Source: Trueperaceae bacterium (GTDB lineage: Bacteria; Deinococcota; Deinococci; Deinococcales; Trueperaceae). From it: a stretch of 64,000 nucleotides of DNA. Position 1 is the first letter of the stretch. Every line of letters begins with the position of its first letter. The position numbers and the translations under genes are program-made. The stretch spans positions 768,001-832,000 of the forward strand of contig JAXHNB010000006.1 in NCBI GenBank assembly GCA_034520945.1, read 5' to 3'. The notes below the pieces were generated by a model, which searched no databases, was not told the origin of the DNA, and worked only from the letters and a program-made list of their open reading frames with translations. Below, one piece after another: positions 41,788 through 52,365 of the stretch.

Positions 41788-42839
41788 GCCGCCCCCAACA
41801 GGACCGCGCCGGCCAGGAAGTACAGCGAGACCGGCGCCCAGCCGGCGATCCAGGCCGGCACGGTGCCTTGGGCGCCCAACAGCTTGGCTACGCTCCAGGT
41901 GGCGTAGTACGCGAAGGTGAGGAGCAGCACCGACACCATCCCCAGCGAAGCGTTGCGGCGCAGGCCCGCCATGGCGACGGCCAGCGCGAACACGGCGAAC
42001 GCCACGGCGGCGAGGGGTTCGGCCGCCTTGCGGTGCAGCGCGGTCCACGCGGCCGGGCTGGTGCGCTCGGCCCCGATCCGCTGCAGGAGGTTCGGGAGCG
42101 GCAGCGTGACCAGGTCGGGCCGCGAGGTGGTGGCGGCCGTCAGGTCCCGTACCGGCACCGTGCCCGACGCTGCTCGCATGTCCAGCGATGGCCTGCCCGC
42201 GTCGAAGACGCGGATCCGGAGGTCCTCCAACCGCCAGGCGCCGGCCTCCTCGTCCAGGCGCCCACGCTGGGCCTCGATCACCTCACGGGGCCCGCCCAGG
42301 CCATCGGGCGCGATGATCACGATCCCCTCGGCCGCGCCCCCGGCACGGAGGCGCGACAGGAATAGGCTGCGCCCCCGCGCGTCCGTGAAGAACGCGCCCT
42401 CCTGGAGGAACGCTTCGGGCGCCTGGAGCAGGATCTCCTTCTGCGTCTCGAGGGCGCGCGTTTCGGCCCAGGGGACGACCAGCTCGTTGTTGGCGGCCGC
42501 GATCAGCGTCACCGACGCCCCCGCCACCAGCAACGGCCGCAGGAAGGCGCCGGGCGTGATGCCGAGCGCCATCGCAGCGCGCAGTTCGCGGTCGGCGGAC
42601 ATGCGGGCCAGCGCCAACAACGAGGCGAACAACAGCGCCAACGTCAGACCGGCCGAGGCGGCCCCGGGCAGCTTGAACAGCAAGAAGCGGGCTACCAGGC
42701 CGACCGGGGCCCCGCGCGCCAACGCGTCGGCCAGGACGCCCAGCAGGAAGTTGACCAACAACAAGAGCAGCAGCACGGACAGCCCCGCGGCGTACAGCGG
42801 GGCGATCTCGCGCAGCAGGCTTCGTCCCAGGCGCGTCAC
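41775..42839 (-). CDS. LptF/LptG family permease
   Basis: 3 TM + periplasmic domain + 3 TM; RMSADRELRAAMALG and WIAGWAP. Confidence 0.88.
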   Translation of the reverse strand: MTRLGRSLLREIAPLYAAGLSVLLLLLLVNFLLGVLADALARGAPVGLVARFLLFKLPGAASAGLTLALLFASLLALARMSADRELRAAMALGITPGAFLRPLLVAGASVTLIAAANNELVVPWAETRALETQKEILLQAPEAFLQEGAFFTDARGRSLFLSRLRAGGAAEGIVIIAPDGLGGPREVIEAQRGRLDEEAGAWRLEDLRIRVFDAGRPSLDMRAASGTVPVRDLTAATTSRPDLVTLPLPNLLQRIGAERTSPAAWTALHRKAAEPLAAVAFAVFALAVAMAGLRRNASLGMVSVLLLTFAYYATWSVAKLLGAQGTVPAWIAGWAPVSLYFLAGAVLLGAAWRR

Positions 42840-43897
42840 GTCAGGTCGCTCCGCAGCGCCAGGACGGCGCCGATGGTCGTGACGGCCGCCGGCGTGGACC
42901 AGGCGGCCACGACCGGGCCGATCACCCCCTGGTCGAACAACGCCGCCGCGAACGTCCATGCGGCCCAGAACCCGGCGACCAGCACGATCGTCCACGCCAC
43001 GCCCGCGGCACGGCCCCGCACGCGCAACGCCAGCGCCCCCGCGATGAGCGTGAACACCGCGGCGCTGGCGGCGTCCGCCAGACGCCGGTGGAAGTCGAAG
43101 CGTAGCGCCAAGGCTTCGGCGCCTGCCGCGAGGCGATCACTGATGCGCCTTCGCAGTTCGCCCAGCGGCAACGTGTCGGCGCGAACCAGCGTGTCGGAGG
43201 GGGCGGCCCGCAGGGCGAACGCCAACTCGGTCCGGTCACGGCGCTCGGGATCGCCCTCCGGCGGCATGCGCCAGCCCGGGCCCAGCGTCCACGCCGAGGC
43301 GCCGGCGTCCCAGGTGCCGTTGTGCGCCGTGAGCACCGTCCCGTCCTCCAGGCGGACGAGAACACCGGACAGCGCGGCGAGTTCGGGATCGTCGCGGTCC
43401 GCCCGCACGCGCGCGGCGTGAAAGATGGTGTCGTCGATGAGGTACGACACGTCCCGTTCCGAGGCGACCGGTGGGCGTCCGTACAGGAAGTCGTCGATGA
43501 TCGCCTGATAGGCGCGCTCGGCGCGGGGTTCCACCATGCCGTTGTTCACCACCGCCACGGCGCTGACCGCCAAGCCCCACGCCAGCGCCGGCACCAACAA
43601 CGCACGCGGGGGAATCCCCCCGGCCTGCGCGGCCTTGAGTTCGGAGTCGCGCGCCATCCGCCCGCCGCTGACCAGCACCGCGAACACGGCGGCCACCGGC
43701 ATCGCCAGGTGCAAGAACCAGGGAACCTTGGACGCGAGCAAGCGCAGCACCGCCGACACGCCCGCCTGTTGTTCGACGAGGAAGCGGGCCAGCACGCTGA
43801 GAAGGTCGATGGAAAGCAACAGGCATACGGCCGCGACACCGAGCACGAACAGCCCGCTCATCTCTCGGATCAGGCTTCGCGCGAGGCGGACCGGCAC
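42836..43897 (-). CDS. LptF/LptG family permease
   Basis: RMARDSELKAAQAGG; same topology as its neighbour. Confidence 0.88.
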   Translation of the reverse strand: MPVRLARSLIREMSGLFVLGVAAVCLLLSIDLLSVLARFLVEQQAGVSAVLRLLASKVPWFLHLAMPVAAVFAVLVSGGRMARDSELKAAQAGGIPPRALLVPALAWGLAVSAVAVVNNGMVEPRAERAYQAIIDDFLYGRPPVASERDVSYLIDDTIFHAARVRADRDDPELAALSGVLVRLEDGTVLTAHNGTWDAGASAWTLGPGWRMPPEGDPERRDRTELAFALRAAPSDTLVRADTLPLGELRRRISDRLAAGAEALALRFDFHRRLADAASAAVFTLIAGALALRVRGRAAGVAWTIVLVAGFWAAWTFAAALFDQGVIGPVVAAWSTPAAVTTIGAVLALRSDLT

Positions 43898-43998
43898 CCG
43901 CGAAGCATAGCAGAGGGACGTGCGAATCGGCGGTGCGGCCTACGCGCGCGCCCCTCCACGGGCGGTTCGCCCCGCGCCTGGTATGCTCGCTGCTCGAC

Positions 43999-44820
43999 AT
44001 GACGGGAACCCTGGGCCTGTTCTCCCTCGCGGATCTGTTCCAACTCCTCTCAGGGGCAGGCCGGAGCGGTCGGTTGTCGGTCGACCATCCGCTGGGTCAC
44101 GCCCGGGTCTACTTCGAACGGGGCGAGGTGCGGCACGCAGAGTTCGGCCAGCTCGAAGGGGACGAGGCGGTGTACGCGCTGTTCCAGGACGAGCGGGGCG
44201 CGTTCGAGTTCCGCTCGGGCCTGCCCGCGCCGCGCGTGAGCGTCCGCAAGGGCACCCAGAATCTGGTGCTCGAGGCGGTGCGTCGCCTGGACGAGGCGCG
44301 GCGCGACACGGGCGAAGAGGCGACCGAGATCGAGACCGATCTCGTGCCCGAGCACGCCGATCGCGGCGAGGCGCCCCACGCGTTGACGCTGGGCGCCCCG
44401 GAGCAGGCGGTGATGGAGGCCGTGGATGGGCGCCGCAGCCTGGCCCGGATCGCCGATCGCGCGGGCCAGACGCAGGACGAGACGGCCCGGATCGTGGCCC
44501 GCTTGGTCGCGGCCGGCGTGCTGCTGGCCCGCAAGCGGCGGCCTCGCACGGCGCGCCTGGTGGTGCGGCCCACGCCGGAAGCGCTCCTTCACGACACCGC
44601 CGTGGCCGACGTCGGGATCGTGGAGGCGTGGCGGCGTGCCATGGGCCGGATGCCGCAGCACCTCCTCGCCAAGCGCGAGTCCGGCGTGGTGGACCGGTTC
44701 CGCCTCCAGGCGCGCGAGGACGTCGGCCCCTACCTGCTGCTGGCGCACGCGGTGCTGCTCCGCACCGGCCTGAAGGTCGATCAGCCTTTGTTGGTACGGC
44801 CCCTCGAGGAGGAGGCATGA
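43999..44820 (+). CDS. DUF4388 domain protein
   Basis: MTGTLGLFSLADLFQLL...RSGRL...VYFERGEVRHAE...EAVRRLDE. Confidence 0.85.
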   Translation: MTGTLGLFSLADLFQLLSGAGRSGRLSVDHPLGHARVYFERGEVRHAEFGQLEGDEAVYALFQDERGAFEFRSGLPAPRVSVRKGTQNLVLEAVRRLDEARRDTGEEATEIETDLVPEHADRGEAPHALTLGAPEQAVMEAVDGRRSLARIADRAGQTQDETARIVARLVAAGVLLARKRRPRTARLVVRPTPEALLHDTAVADVGIVEAWRRAMGRMPQHLLAKRESGVVDRFRLQAREDVGPYLLLAHAVLLRTGLKVDQPLLVRPLEEEA

Positions 44821-45857
44821 CGCGGCCTACCCGGGCGGACGCGTCGTCGGTACCGGACGAGCTGCGCCCCACGGTCGATGCGGACGCGGGCCTGCGCACG
44901 TTCGTGCCCTGGAAGCGCGCGCCGTTCCCGGCCCCCTGGACGTCCTGGTTCGGCCGGCATGCCCCCCTGCACCTCGAGATCGGATTCGGCGACGGCCGCT
45001 ACACGGTGCGCCGTGCCCTGGCGCGACCCGAAGAGGACTTCGTGGGCTTGGAAGTGTCGGGCGTCAGCGTACGCCGGGCCCTCCGCAAGGTCGCACGGGC
45101 CCGCGCCGGCAACGTGCGACTGCTCAAGGCCAAGGCGCAGGTCGCCGTACGGCAGTTGTTCGCGCCCGCCGCGCTGGAAACGATCACCGTCAACTTCCCC
45201 GATCCCTGGCCCAAGTCGCGGCACGCCGACAAGCGCCTGCTGCGGGGGCCGTTCCTGGACGTCGCCGCCGAGCGCTTGGTGGCCGGCGGCGAGATCCGGC
45301 TCGCCACCGACCATGCCGACTACCTGGCCTTCTCGCGCAGCGAGGCCGAGCGGAGCGGATGGTTCGACCCCTTCGAGGCCGACCCGCCGCCCGACGTGTT
45401 CGAGACCAAGTACGCCCTCAAGTGGCGCGACCACGGCAAGCCGCTGTACTACCTGGTGCTTCGCCGCAACGACGCGCCGCCCCCCAGCACCCCGCCGATC
45501 GAAAGGCCGTCCATCATGCCGCACGCGTTTCTGACCGGAAGCCCCCGCGAGGATCTCGCCTTCGAGAAGCAGGTCGTCCCGTATGCGGGGGGGCACGTCG
45601 TCCTCCACGAGTTGACGCGCAGCCTGGGCGGGGACGGCGGAGACGCCCGATGGCTGGTGCGCGTGACGGTCACCGAGGAGATGCTGGACCAACAACTGCT
45701 GGTGGTGGTGCAGCGCCGCGCCGACCGGCGCCACATCGTACGTCTGGGCTCGTTCGGAGACCCGATCGTCACGCCCGTCGTGCGCGGAGCGATCCACGCC
45801 GTGACCGAATGGTTCTGCGCCCACGCCGGCGTCGAGGCCGGCGCGCGCAACTACTGA
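44817..45857 (+). CDS. trmB: tRNA (guanine-N7)-methyltransferase
   Basis: LEIGFGDG, NFPDPWPK, LATD and TKY motifs; GGAGG RBS. Confidence 0.93.
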   Translation: MTRPTRADASSVPDELRPTVDADAGLRTFVPWKRAPFPAPWTSWFGRHAPLHLEIGFGDGRYTVRRALARPEEDFVGLEVSGVSVRRALRKVARARAGNVRLLKAKAQVAVRQLFAPAALETITVNFPDPWPKSRHADKRLLRGPFLDVAAERLVAGGEIRLATDHADYLAFSRSEAERSGWFDPFEADPPPDVFETKYALKWRDHGKPLYYLVLRRNDAPPPSTPPIERPSIMPHAFLTGSPREDLAFEKQVVPYAGGHVVLHELTRSLGGDGGDARWLVRVTVTEEMLDQQLLVVVQRRADRRHIVRLGSFGDPIVTPVVRGAIHAVTEWFCAHAGVEAGARNY

Positions 45858-45858
45858 C

Positions 45859-46623
45859 GTGGCGCCGCCTGCGCACCCCGGCCTGCTGCGGGTCCCCGAC
45901 TTCGGCGCGGTGCACGCGTTCACCACCCGGAGCGGCGGCGTGAGCGGCGGTCCGTACCGCACGCTGAACCTGGGCCTGTCCACGGGCGACGCACCGGAGG
46001 CGGTGCACGAGAACCGTCGGCGTGTGCGGGAGGCGCTCGGGCTCGATCCGGCGCGCGTGGCGCAGGTGCATCAGGTGCACGGCGCCACGGTCGTGAGCGC
46101 CCGTGACGCCACGCCCGAGGTCGAGGCCGACGCGATCGTCACCGACGACCCGGCCTGGACGCTGAGCGTGTCGTACGCCGACTGCGTCCCCGTACTCCTG
46201 TACGACCCCGTCGCGCCGGCGGTAGGCGCGGTCCACGCCGGGTGGCGCGGGGCGGTGCACGGGGTGGTGGGGGCGACCGTGCGGTCGATGACGCGTCGCT
46301 TCGGGACCGATCCCGCCCTCCTCTGGGCCGCGATCGGACCGGCCGTGTCGGGTGCGCGCTACCAGGTGGGCCCCGAGGTGGTCGACGCCTTCGCGGCGGC
46401 CGGCTTCGACGCGGCCCACGCTCGCCCCGACCCGGAGGTGACGGGCCGGTACCGCTACGACATGCCGGGCGCCGTGGCCGAAGCGCTCGCCGCGTCGGGG
46501 ATTCCCACGGCCCGCCTCCGGAACGGGGGGTGGTGCACCGTGTCGGACGCGTCGCGGTTCTACTCCCATCGCCGCGACGGGCGCAGGACGGGACGGCACT
46601 GGGCACTGGTACGGCTCCCGTGA
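45859..46623 (+). CDS. pgeF: PgeF/YfiH (polyphenol oxidase-like) protein
   Basis: FTTRSGGVS, QVHG, ADCVP, HAGWRG and FYSHRR motifs. Confidence 0.93.
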   Translation: MAPPAHPGLLRVPDFGAVHAFTTRSGGVSGGPYRTLNLGLSTGDAPEAVHENRRRVREALGLDPARVAQVHQVHGATVVSARDATPEVEADAIVTDDPAWTLSVSYADCVPVLLYDPVAPAVGAVHAGWRGAVHGVVGATVRSMTRRFGTDPALLWAAIGPAVSGARYQVGPEVVDAFAAAGFDAAHARPDPEVTGRYRYDMPGAVAEALAASGIPTARLRNGGWCTVSDASRFYSHRRDGRRTGRHWALVRLP

Positions 46624-46675
46624 GGACCCTGGGCGGGGAACGCGCCGGTTCGCCGCGGCCTGCTAGCATCACAGG

Positions 46676-47284
46676 ATGGATCGACTGCTGGACACGCTCC
46701 GCGCCTTGCGGGCGCCGGATGGGTGCCCGTGGGACCGGGAACAGACGCACCAGACGCTTCGCCCCCACCTTTTGGAGGAGGCGGCGGAAGCGGTCGACGC
46801 CCTCGCCGGTGGGCGCGACGCCGAGGTGGTGGACGAGCTCGGCGACGTGCTCCTCCACGTGGCGTTCCATGCCGTCATCGCCGAAGAGGCGGGACGCTGG
46901 GACTACGCCGCGGTCGAGCAGGCCATCACGGAAAAGCTGATTCGGCGCCACCCGCACGTCTTTTCGGACGCGGTGGCGGAGGACGCGGCCGCCGTGGAGG
47001 CCACCTGGGCGGCCGTGAAGGCCGCCGAGCGGGGCGACGCGGCGGACGACGACCCCGCCGCGCGGGTGCCCCGCTCGCTGCCCGCCCTGTCGCGGGCGGG
47101 CCGGCTGGCCACCGCGCTCGGGTGGCGCGACGAGCCCGCGGCGGCCGTGGGCGGCCCCCTGGACGCCGAGGGGTACGCGGAGGCGCTGTTGGCCTTGGCG
47201 GCGGCGGCCGCGCGGGACGGACACGATCCCGAGCTGTTGCTTCGCGACGCCGTCGAAGCGCGCGTGCGGGACGCCGGCACGTGA
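46676..47284 (+). CDS. mazG: MazG-family nucleotide pyrophosphohydrolase
   Basis: LRAPDGCPWDREQT, DELGDVL and KLIRRHPHVF motifs. Confidence 0.9.
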   Translation: MDRLLDTLRALRAPDGCPWDREQTHQTLRPHLLEEAAEAVDALAGGRDAEVVDELGDVLLHVAFHAVIAEEAGRWDYAAVEQAITEKLIRRHPHVFSDAVAEDAAAVEATWAAVKAAERGDAADDDPAARVPRSLPALSRAGRLATALGWRDEPAAAVGGPLDAEGYAEALLALAAAAARDGHDPELLLRDAVEARVRDAGT

Positions 47285-47868
47285 GCCAAGAAGCTATGGA
47301 CCGCATGCGCCGCGTCCTGGGGTCGGAGCCGGCCACCTCCCCGGCGCTTCCGGGCGGCTTCCGCCGAGCGGGGGTGCTGGTCCCGATCCTGTGGGGGGCG
47401 GACGGCCCGCGCCTGCTATTCACGGTCCGAAGCCGGACGTTGTCGCATCACGCCGGGCAGATCGCCTTCCCGGGCGGCGCGGTGGAAGCGGGCGAGACGC
47501 CCGAAGAGGCCGCCCGGCGGGAGGCGTGGGAGGAGGTGGGGCTCGACGTTTCGCCCTCGGCGCTGTTGGGATGCCTGCGTGTGCTCCCCTCGCCCGCTGG
47601 GTACCTCGCCACCCCCGTGGTGGCGGTGCTTCCCGTTCCGAGTCGGCTCCGCCTGCAGCCCAGCGAGGTCGAGGAGGCGTTCACGGCGCCGCTGGACGAG
47701 TTGATCGCGATCCGCCCCACCACCCTGCGCCGCACCTTGCGGGGCCAGGTGCAGACGTTGCACCGCTACCGCTGGGAGGAGCGCGACATCTGGGGGTTCA
47801 CGGGAAACGTGCTCCACGACCTGATCACCCGGCTGGGCTCCGAGGTCGTGGCGGGGGGCCGGCCATGA
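47281..47868 (+). CDS. Nudix CoA pyrophosphatase
   Basis: HAGQIAFPGG...AARREAWEEVG and IWGFTG motifs. Confidence 0.9.
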   Translation: MSQEAMDRMRRVLGSEPATSPALPGGFRRAGVLVPILWGADGPRLLFTVRSRTLSHHAGQIAFPGGAVEAGETPEEAARREAWEEVGLDVSPSALLGCLRVLPSPAGYLATPVVAVLPVPSRLRLQPSEVEEAFTAPLDELIAIRPTTLRRTLRGQVQTLHRYRWEERDIWGFTGNVLHDLITRLGSEVVAGGRP

Positions 47869-49334
47869 CGATGGGCGAGCTGCGAGTACGGGTCGGCCGG
47901 CGCAAGATCCCGTTCTCGCCGGGTCAGATCGTGGAGGGGCTGCAGGCCGCGGGCGTGCTCACCGACGACGCCCTCCAAATCGCGGAGGAGGTGGAGACGG
48001 AGCTGCGCGCCAGCGGCCGGCGGACGGTGCGGTTGGACGAGGTGCGCGACCAGGTGGCGGAGCGCGTCCGCGCGCGCGTGGGCGAGGAGGCCGCCAAACA
48101 CTGGCGCGCCCAGACGCCCCCGTTCGTGCCGATCATCCTGGAACGCCGGACCGGCGAGCCGACCGAGTTCACGCGGGGTGCGCTGATCGACTCGCTCGAG
48201 AAGATCGGTCTGGGGTTCAAGGGGGCCTGGGCGTTGGCGCAGCAGGTCGAACAGGGGATTCGTGCCGAGGGGATCGAGCGGATCCGCGAAGGCGAACTGC
48301 CGCAACGGATCGCCCTGGCGCTGGAGGCGCGCTACGGACGCGAGACCCGCTTGCGGTACGAGGCGACGTTGGACCGGCCGTCGGACCTGATGGTGCTGGA
48401 GGAGGACGGCCCCTCCCTGCCGTTCTCGCGTGGCGTTCTGGCCCGCTCGCTCACCGCGATCGGACTCGGGCCCGAAATGTCGCACCATCTCGCCAAGCGG
48501 GTCGAGGAAGGGTTGTGGCGCGAGGGCGGCCCCACCGTCCGCCGGGACGACGTGCGGCGCTGGGTGCATCGTCTGTTGGTGGAGGAGGCGGGGGAGGAGT
48601 TCGCGCGTCGCTACGACTTGATGCGGACGGTTCGGCGGCCCGAGAAACCGATCGTGGTGCAGATCGGCGGCACGGCCGGCGTCGGCAAGTCGGAGCTGGC
48701 CGCCGAGTTGGCGTACCGCTTGGGGATCGCACGGGTGGTGTCCAGCGATTCGATCCGTCAGGCGCTTCGGTCGCTGGTCAGCGCGGATTTGTCGCCGGTC
48801 CTGCACGCCTCGAGCTACACGGCATGGCTGGCCGAGCTCCTTCCCGGCGAGCGGGACCACGCCCAACCGAAGCAACGCCGGGTGGTGCGCGGGTTCCAGG
48901 CGCAGGTCCTGCAGTTGGGGACGGCGCTCGAAGCCGTGGCCGCCCGAAACGTGGACGAGGCCACTTCGACCGTCCTCGAGGGGATTCACATCGTGCCGGG
49001 GATCAGTCCCCGTCCCGTCGAGGGGGCGATCACCGTGGAGTTGATGCTCCGCATCGAGGACGAGGAGGTGCACCGGTCCCGCTTCGATCGTCGCGAGGGA
49101 AAGACCGGCAAGCGACGGCCCAAGGAGCCCTACCTGCAGCACTTTACCGAGATTCGTATGCTGCAGGACTATCTGGTCGAACGCGCCGAGGACGCGGGCG
49201 TGGCGGTGCTGGACGTCACCGACCTGGACCGCGCCGTGGAGCGGTCGGTGGAGCGGGTGTTGGACGTGGTGCTGGCCGCCAGCGAGCGGGGCGCCGCCTC
49301 GGTCGTGGAGGCCGCGTCGGCGTCCGAGGGATGA
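47865..49334 (+). CDS. ATP-cone-domain / 2-phosphoglycerate kinase-like protein
   Basis: Three ATP-cone-like repeats (PFSPG, EFTRG, PFSRG); P-loop GGTAGVGKS; SSDSIRQ and EGIH. Confidence 0.85.
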   Translation: MTMGELRVRVGRRKIPFSPGQIVEGLQAAGVLTDDALQIAEEVETELRASGRRTVRLDEVRDQVAERVRARVGEEAAKHWRAQTPPFVPIILERRTGEPTEFTRGALIDSLEKIGLGFKGAWALAQQVEQGIRAEGIERIREGELPQRIALALEARYGRETRLRYEATLDRPSDLMVLEEDGPSLPFSRGVLARSLTAIGLGPEMSHHLAKRVEEGLWREGGPTVRRDDVRRWVHRLLVEEAGEEFARRYDLMRTVRRPEKPIVVQIGGTAGVGKSELAAELAYRLGIARVVSSDSIRQALRSLVSADLSPVLHASSYTAWLAELLPGERDHAQPKQRRVVRGFQAQVLQLGTALEAVAARNVDEATSTVLEGIHIVPGISPRPVEGAITVELMLRIEDEEVHRSRFDRREGKTGKRRPKEPYLQHFTEIRMLQDYLVERAEDAGVAVLDVTDLDRAVERSVERVLDVVLAASERGAASVVEAASASEG

Positions 49335-49424
49335 GGCACGCCGTCGCCGTGGCGGGGGCGGCTGCATGAACTTTCCCATGACCGAGGGGCATTCACGTGC
49401 GTACACTGCGCGGGGAGGTCGAAC

Positions 49425-50420
49425 ATGAGCCAGCACGCCGCCGAGACCGCTCCGGCACCCTCGATCGAGACCGAGGCGTTGTCCAAGCGGTATGGCCGCA
49501 GGCCGATCATTCGCGACCTCACCTTTCGCGTATCGCCCGGCGAGGTGTATGCCTTGGTCGGCCCGAACGGCGCCGGCAAGACCACCGTGATCCGTCTGGT
49601 GTCCGGGTTGGCGTTTCCGAGTTCCGGGCGCGTGTCGATGTTGGGCAAAAACCCGCACCAGCACCCCGAAGTGCGCAGGCGGTTGGGGGCCGTGGTCGAG
49701 GCCCCCGCCGCGTTCTACCCCTACCTGACGGGACGGGCCAATCTGCGTCTCCACGCCCGCCTGGCAGGCGGCGTCGCCGACGCGCGTATCGAGGAGCTAC
49801 TCGAACTGATGGAGTTGGGGCACGCCGCCGAGCGCAAGGTCGGGGTGTACAGCCTCGGCATGCGGCAGCGCTTGGGCGTCGCGGGCGCGTTGCTCACCCG
49901 TCCGGACGTGCTGATCCTGGACGAGCCCGCCAGCGGGATGGATCCGCTGTCGCTGCACCTGGTGCACCGTGTCCTGCGCAACGCCGCGGGGCGTGGCTCG
50001 GCCGTGTTGCTGTCGACGCACCACCTGGACGAGGTGGCGGCGTACTGCAATCGCGTGGGGATCATGGAGGAGGGCGCTCTCATCGACGAGGTCGACCTCG
50101 ACCAGCGTCGCGACCGCTACCGAGCCCGCGTGCCCGATCCGCAGGCGGCGCGTACCGCCTTGGCCACGCAACCGTGGGTGGAGGAGACGTTCCTACGGGC
50201 CGGCCAGGTGGTGTTCCAACTGGATCACGCCGACTCGCTTCCGAAGGTCGCGCCGCTGCTGGTAGAGCACGGCGGAGGATTGACCGCGTTGAACGAGGAC
50301 GTGTTCGACCTGCGGGCGTACTACCGGGAGCGCGTGAACGCCGAGCGCGCCCGCAGGAGCGGAGAGAGGTCCGCGCCGCAGGAGGCGGTAGAGCCGGCCG
50401 CGCCGGGGGGGCCCGCGTGA
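49425..50420 (+). CDS. ABC transporter ATP-binding protein
   Basis: GPNGAGKTT, YSLGMRQRL and LDEP motifs. Confidence 0.93.
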   Translation: MSQHAAETAPAPSIETEALSKRYGRRPIIRDLTFRVSPGEVYALVGPNGAGKTTVIRLVSGLAFPSSGRVSMLGKNPHQHPEVRRRLGAVVEAPAAFYPYLTGRANLRLHARLAGGVADARIEELLELMELGHAAERKVGVYSLGMRQRLGVAGALLTRPDVLILDEPASGMDPLSLHLVHRVLRNAAGRGSAVLLSTHHLDEVAAYCNRVGIMEEGALIDEVDLDQRRDRYRARVPDPQAARTALATQPWVEETFLRAGQVVFQLDHADSLPKVAPLLVEHGGGLTALNEDVFDLRAYYRERVNAERARRSGERSAPQEAVEPAAPGGPA

Positions 50421-51190
50421 GCGCACTGCTTCGCATGGAGGCCTCCAAGCTGTTCCGCTTGACGAGCGTGCGTGCCAGCCTGGTCCTGCTGGTGGTGTTC
50501 CCGCTGCTGTGGTCGTACGCGCCCGGCATCTACGAGGTGTACGGCTTCTACCTCGTGTCCGGCTTTCAGGTGCCCGCGCTGAGCCTGCTGTCCTCGATGG
50601 AGTTTCTGATGCCGCTGTTGATCGCGATCACGGCGGCCGAGTTGGTGGGGATGGAGAAGATGCACGGCACGCTGCCCACGGTGCTCCTGCGGCCGGTCAC
50701 GCGGTCGCAGTGGTTGCTCGCGAAGCTGCTGGTGTTGAGCGTGTACCCGTTCCTGGCGATGGCGTTCTTTTTGTTGGCGTCGTTGGTGGCGGGCACACCG
50801 TATGGGTTCGGGTCGTTCGTGGGTGGAACGGGCCTCGGCGAGGGGGGACTGGCCGGTGCGGGCGCCATGAGCGTGCAGGCGGCGGTGGGCGAGATCCTGG
50901 CGGCGTATGCGTTGGCGGCGGTGAGCCTGGTGCCGATCGCCTTGCTGGCGGTGTTGGCGACGGTGGTGACCATGAGCGCGGCCAGCGGCGCGCTCGCCAC
51001 GCTGTCGGTCCTGATCGTGATGCAGTTGTTGGTGGTGTTTCCGGGCCTGGAGCCGTACCTGTTGTCGCGCCAGTTGTCGGCCTATACCGACCCGGCGGCC
51101 GGCGTGGGCTGGGTGGTGGCGCTGATCGCGCTGTACGCGGCTGCGTTCGCCGCGGTGGCGGTCGTGCTGTTCGAACGCAAGGACTTCTGA
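50417..51190 (+). CDS. ABC-2 type transporter permease
   Basis: Multi-TM; EKMHGTLPTVLLRPVTRSQWLLAK; ends FERKDF. Confidence 0.88.
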   Translation: MSALLRMEASKLFRLTSVRASLVLLVVFPLLWSYAPGIYEVYGFYLVSGFQVPALSLLSSMEFLMPLLIAITAAELVGMEKMHGTLPTVLLRPVTRSQWLLAKLLVLSVYPFLAMAFFLLASLVAGTPYGFGSFVGGTGLGEGGLAGAGAMSVQAAVGEILAAYALAAVSLVPIALLAVLATVVTMSAASGALATLSVLIVMQLLVVFPGLEPYLLSRQLSAYTDPAAGVGWVVALIALYAAAFAAVAVVLFERKDF

Positions 51191-52332
51191 TGCGGGAACG
51201 ACCGGGCGTCCGCGGCCTGGTCGCGTGCCTCGCGTGCTTGGCGGCGGCGTGGGGCGGTGCGTCGGTCGCGCAAGGCACCATCGCGTACACCGTGCAGGTC
51301 GCGGCGCTGAGCGGCGCCGAGGCCGCCATCGAGCAGTCCGGCGCCCTGTTGCGGGAGGGGTTCCCCGCGTACGTGGTACGCGCCGAAGGCGCCGCGGGGA
51401 CGGTGTTCCGGATTCGCGTGGGCGCGTTCGGGGACCGGCGCAGCGCCGACCGGTACGCCCAGGCGATGGGGGATCGCGCCGGCGGCACGCCTAGGCCGGC
51501 GCTGGCCGAGGCCATTCCTGCGGGGATCCTTCCCTTGGCGCCGACGGCGGTGATGCGGCTCACGAACGATGCGCGTGCGGTTTTGCTGTCGTGGGCCGAG
51601 GATGGGCTGGCGGTGCGGGTCGGTCCGCGCGAGGGGGAGGCTCGCTATCACCTGCTGGGTACCCGCGCGTCCTTTTTGGCGTGGTGGGCGGAGCCCACCG
51701 AGGACGGGCGTCTGGAGGTGGCGCGCGTGCCGTTGGACGGCGAGGCCGACGTCGACGATCCGGACGAGGTCCGCGACGCCCTGTTCCGGCAGCGCCTGCG
51801 GCTGATCGCCGAGCGCGCCGACATGGCGTTCGACGCGTTGCGCGAAGCGGTGCGCGGTGCGTCTGGCGAGCGGCACCTGATCGCGTATCGCGCCGTCGGC
51901 GGCGAGACGGTGGAACGCGGCGTGCTGGCGCCCGACGCGTCCGCGTCCAGCCGCGACGCGGCGGCGTGGATCGGTGAGGCGCCGCCGGCGCCGCCGGCGC
52001 CCCTGGAGGTGCTGGTGGAACGAGCGGCGACGCAGCCCGCGTCCGAAGATGAGGTGGCCGAGGAGCCATCGGCCGACCCGCACCCGGCCGACGACGCTCC
52101 TGCCGACGACGTCCCTGACGGCCCGCCCACGCCCGACGGGCCGGGCGGCCCAGGCGCCGACGGCGTCACCGGGGACGGTTGGTACGCCGAAGCGGACGGG
52201 CCGTGGACGATGATCGAAACGCGCGGCACCTCGTGGCGAGCCTTGGTGGGCACGCCGAAGGCCGGCCTGCGCGACCTGTTGATTCTCGAGGTGGCGGGGG
52301 GGACCGAGTTGGTCCGTTTGGTTCTGCGCTGA
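51190..52332 (+). CDS. Secreted SPOR-domain protein
   Basis: Signal peptide; YTVQVAAL...FRIRVGAF SPOR motif. Confidence 0.78.
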   Translation: MRERPGVRGLVACLACLAAAWGGASVAQGTIAYTVQVAALSGAEAAIEQSGALLREGFPAYVVRAEGAAGTVFRIRVGAFGDRRSADRYAQAMGDRAGGTPRPALAEAIPAGILPLAPTAVMRLTNDARAVLLSWAEDGLAVRVGPREGEARYHLLGTRASFLAWWAEPTEDGRLEVARVPLDGEADVDDPDEVRDALFRQRLRLIAERADMAFDALREAVRGASGERHLIAYRAVGGETVERGVLAPDASASSRDAAAWIGEAPPAPPAPLEVLVERAATQPASEDEVAEEPSADPHPADDAPADDVPDGPPTPDGPGGPGADGVTGDGWYAEADGPWTMIETRGTSWRALVGTPKAGLRDLLILEVAGGTELVRLVLR

Positions 52333-52365
52333 GGCGGGCGTTGCCGTGCGGGGCGTTCGCGCCCC

